DNA of 64,000 nucleotides, taken from contig OZ287756.1 in the NCBI GenBank assembly GCA_965649765.1, positions 34,348,001-34,412,000 of the forward strand, given 5' to 3'. Positions 62,647 through 64,000 of the stretch are shown piece after piece. Position 1 is the stretch's first letter. Each line of letters begins with the position of its first letter. Both the position numbers and the translations under genes were made by a program. This DNA comes from Bispira polyomma. Lineage: Eukaryota. Under the pieces are notes generated by a model that was not told the DNA's origin, ran no database searches, and worked only from the letters and a program-made list of their open reading frames with translations.

Positions 62647-62965
62647 ATGGCCTAATGGTTAGAGTGTTCAACTTTGAGTTAAAGGGTCCCAAGTTCAACC
62701 CTTGCAGCAGGCCTAGAGATTGTGTCCTTGGACAAGGTACTTGACACAAAGTTGTCTAAATGGGTACCTGGCCATTAATGGGTGTTAGTCTTTGTCCTCT
62801 ATGTGGCAGCACAGCTAGTATGCCAGCTGACGAAGCTGAGACTGAACAATTGGGTGACAAGTGGTGGAACCCAGGCAGGGGGTGTAAATTGTAAATTCGG
62901 ATGAGACCTCAATAGAGGTGATATCAGACTTTATAACCTTTACATTTTATTTATATTTTTACATT
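62647..62965 (+). mobile_element. CORE-like tRNA-SINE, family 1, tail B
   Basis: tggcctaatggttagagtg head; tgtgtccttggacaaggtactt core with a short deletion; gagacctcaatagaggtgatatcagact tail. Confidence 0.85.
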
Positions 62966-63819
62966 TGGACAAAGTCATAATATTATAGATTCTATATGTT
63001 GTGTCATAATCTGGATTTTTATTCTGAATATTAAGCAGGTTTAATTTTTGCTTCCATCACCAGACCATCCTTTAATCTTAAGGCCATCTCTGAACTTCCT
63101 ATATCTGGTATCACACATGACATTGTGTGATGTCATTCTATCTTACCTGTCTGGGTGTTTTGAAATAAGGACATCCTTAAAATACAATTCATTCAAATTG
63201 TCATGTATTTACTGACATTCTATTTTAAGTATAAGGGTCATTTGTAGGAAACAATGAAAAGAACAAGCCATTTTAAGACCATTTTAGCACAGATTATGAA
63301 CTTGGTTAACTATGTATAGACAAAAACCAGAAGAGGTTTTGTAAGACAACTTGTCAGGTGCCTCAAGGTCGTTGACTGTAAAGTTTTTCTATTGTTAGAA
63401 GGTAGTTACTATTTGCTATCATACCATCTGTCACGGTTAAGTAGATAAATTATTAGCCTCTTAACATGTCACTTTATGATCAAGTAGAACAGTTGACATT
63501 TTAAATGACAATAAATAACTCACAATTTGTTTAAAAAATTTATCATCCATGTGTTACAATGAATGGAGTGGTTTGACATCAAAAGTGTCTTTTTATTCAG
63601 TCAAGTAGTGACGAGAACAAGGGTCGCTAATTCCGATTGGTTCAAAAGTATGGTAAAATTTAGGACTACAACATCAGAGGAGTCCAGCCTGCTTTCCTCC
63701 GCACTGTTTCATACGTGGAATAATAAAATAGTTTTTCTGCAGTAAAGCAAAACAATTTTAAATCTAACAAGATTGAGGTAACAATATAAATTTGTCATGG
63801 TAGAAGCGTAATAGCCCAT

Positions 63820-64000
63820 TCCAGAGTATTTTCCTCGCTAGCCCAACATTTAAGGCAGCACCTAGCACCCGTCATCTTTTTGTCTTCACTACAGCAATAC
63901 AGATTTCTGATAGCTCTTCCTTCTTAAGATCTTCCCATCTGGTCTTCTTTTGGTCTCCATGATGGGGACCAAGAAACCCTGTCCTCACAGATATCTTTAA
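63820..64000 (-). mobile_element. Possible RTE-type LINE C-terminal fragment, running off the window
   Basis: Minus frame ..KKTRWEDLKKEEL..AVVKTKR*RVLGAAL resembles the RTE ORF end (..W...A.DR..WR.LV.AL). Confidence 0.35.

Overview
AT-rich animal genomic DNA, probably from an invertebrate judging by its repeat families; the taxon cannot be fixed from sequence. Most of the window is repeat-derived: three tRNA-headed SINE families (one CORE-like, with two alternative tails), L2/CR1/RTE LINE scraps, PIF/Harbinger-type MITEs, a decayed Harbinger, a solo LTR with a clean target duplication, and several minisatellites. Two things stand out. (1) A compact three-exon minus-strand gene (about 5818 to 1530), missed by the ORF track, whose spliced frame encodes a 49-aa acidic microprotein (MFTNTETTMMSLVHPAKEESVYSEKVSYFDPDELEGLIDQGPDHDIPWP). 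It has a TATA/Inr/CCAAT/CRE-half-site/AP-1 promoter, an ATG-free leader of about 285 nt and a long 3' UTR, and clusters of perfect CRE sites lie 4, 11 and 19 kb upstream. (2) A near full-length but inactivated 5.4-kb tyrosine-recombinase retrotransposon (gag, RT-RNase H, YR; Ngaro-like, 47693-53061). Its ends can be placed because it split a tandem repeat. It shows no long terminal or split direct repeats, only a degenerate internal copy (about 20 nt) of the predicted circle junction and repeated 13-bp palindromes. All calls are by eye, with no database searches, and repeat boundaries are approximate unless a target-site duplication is quoted.
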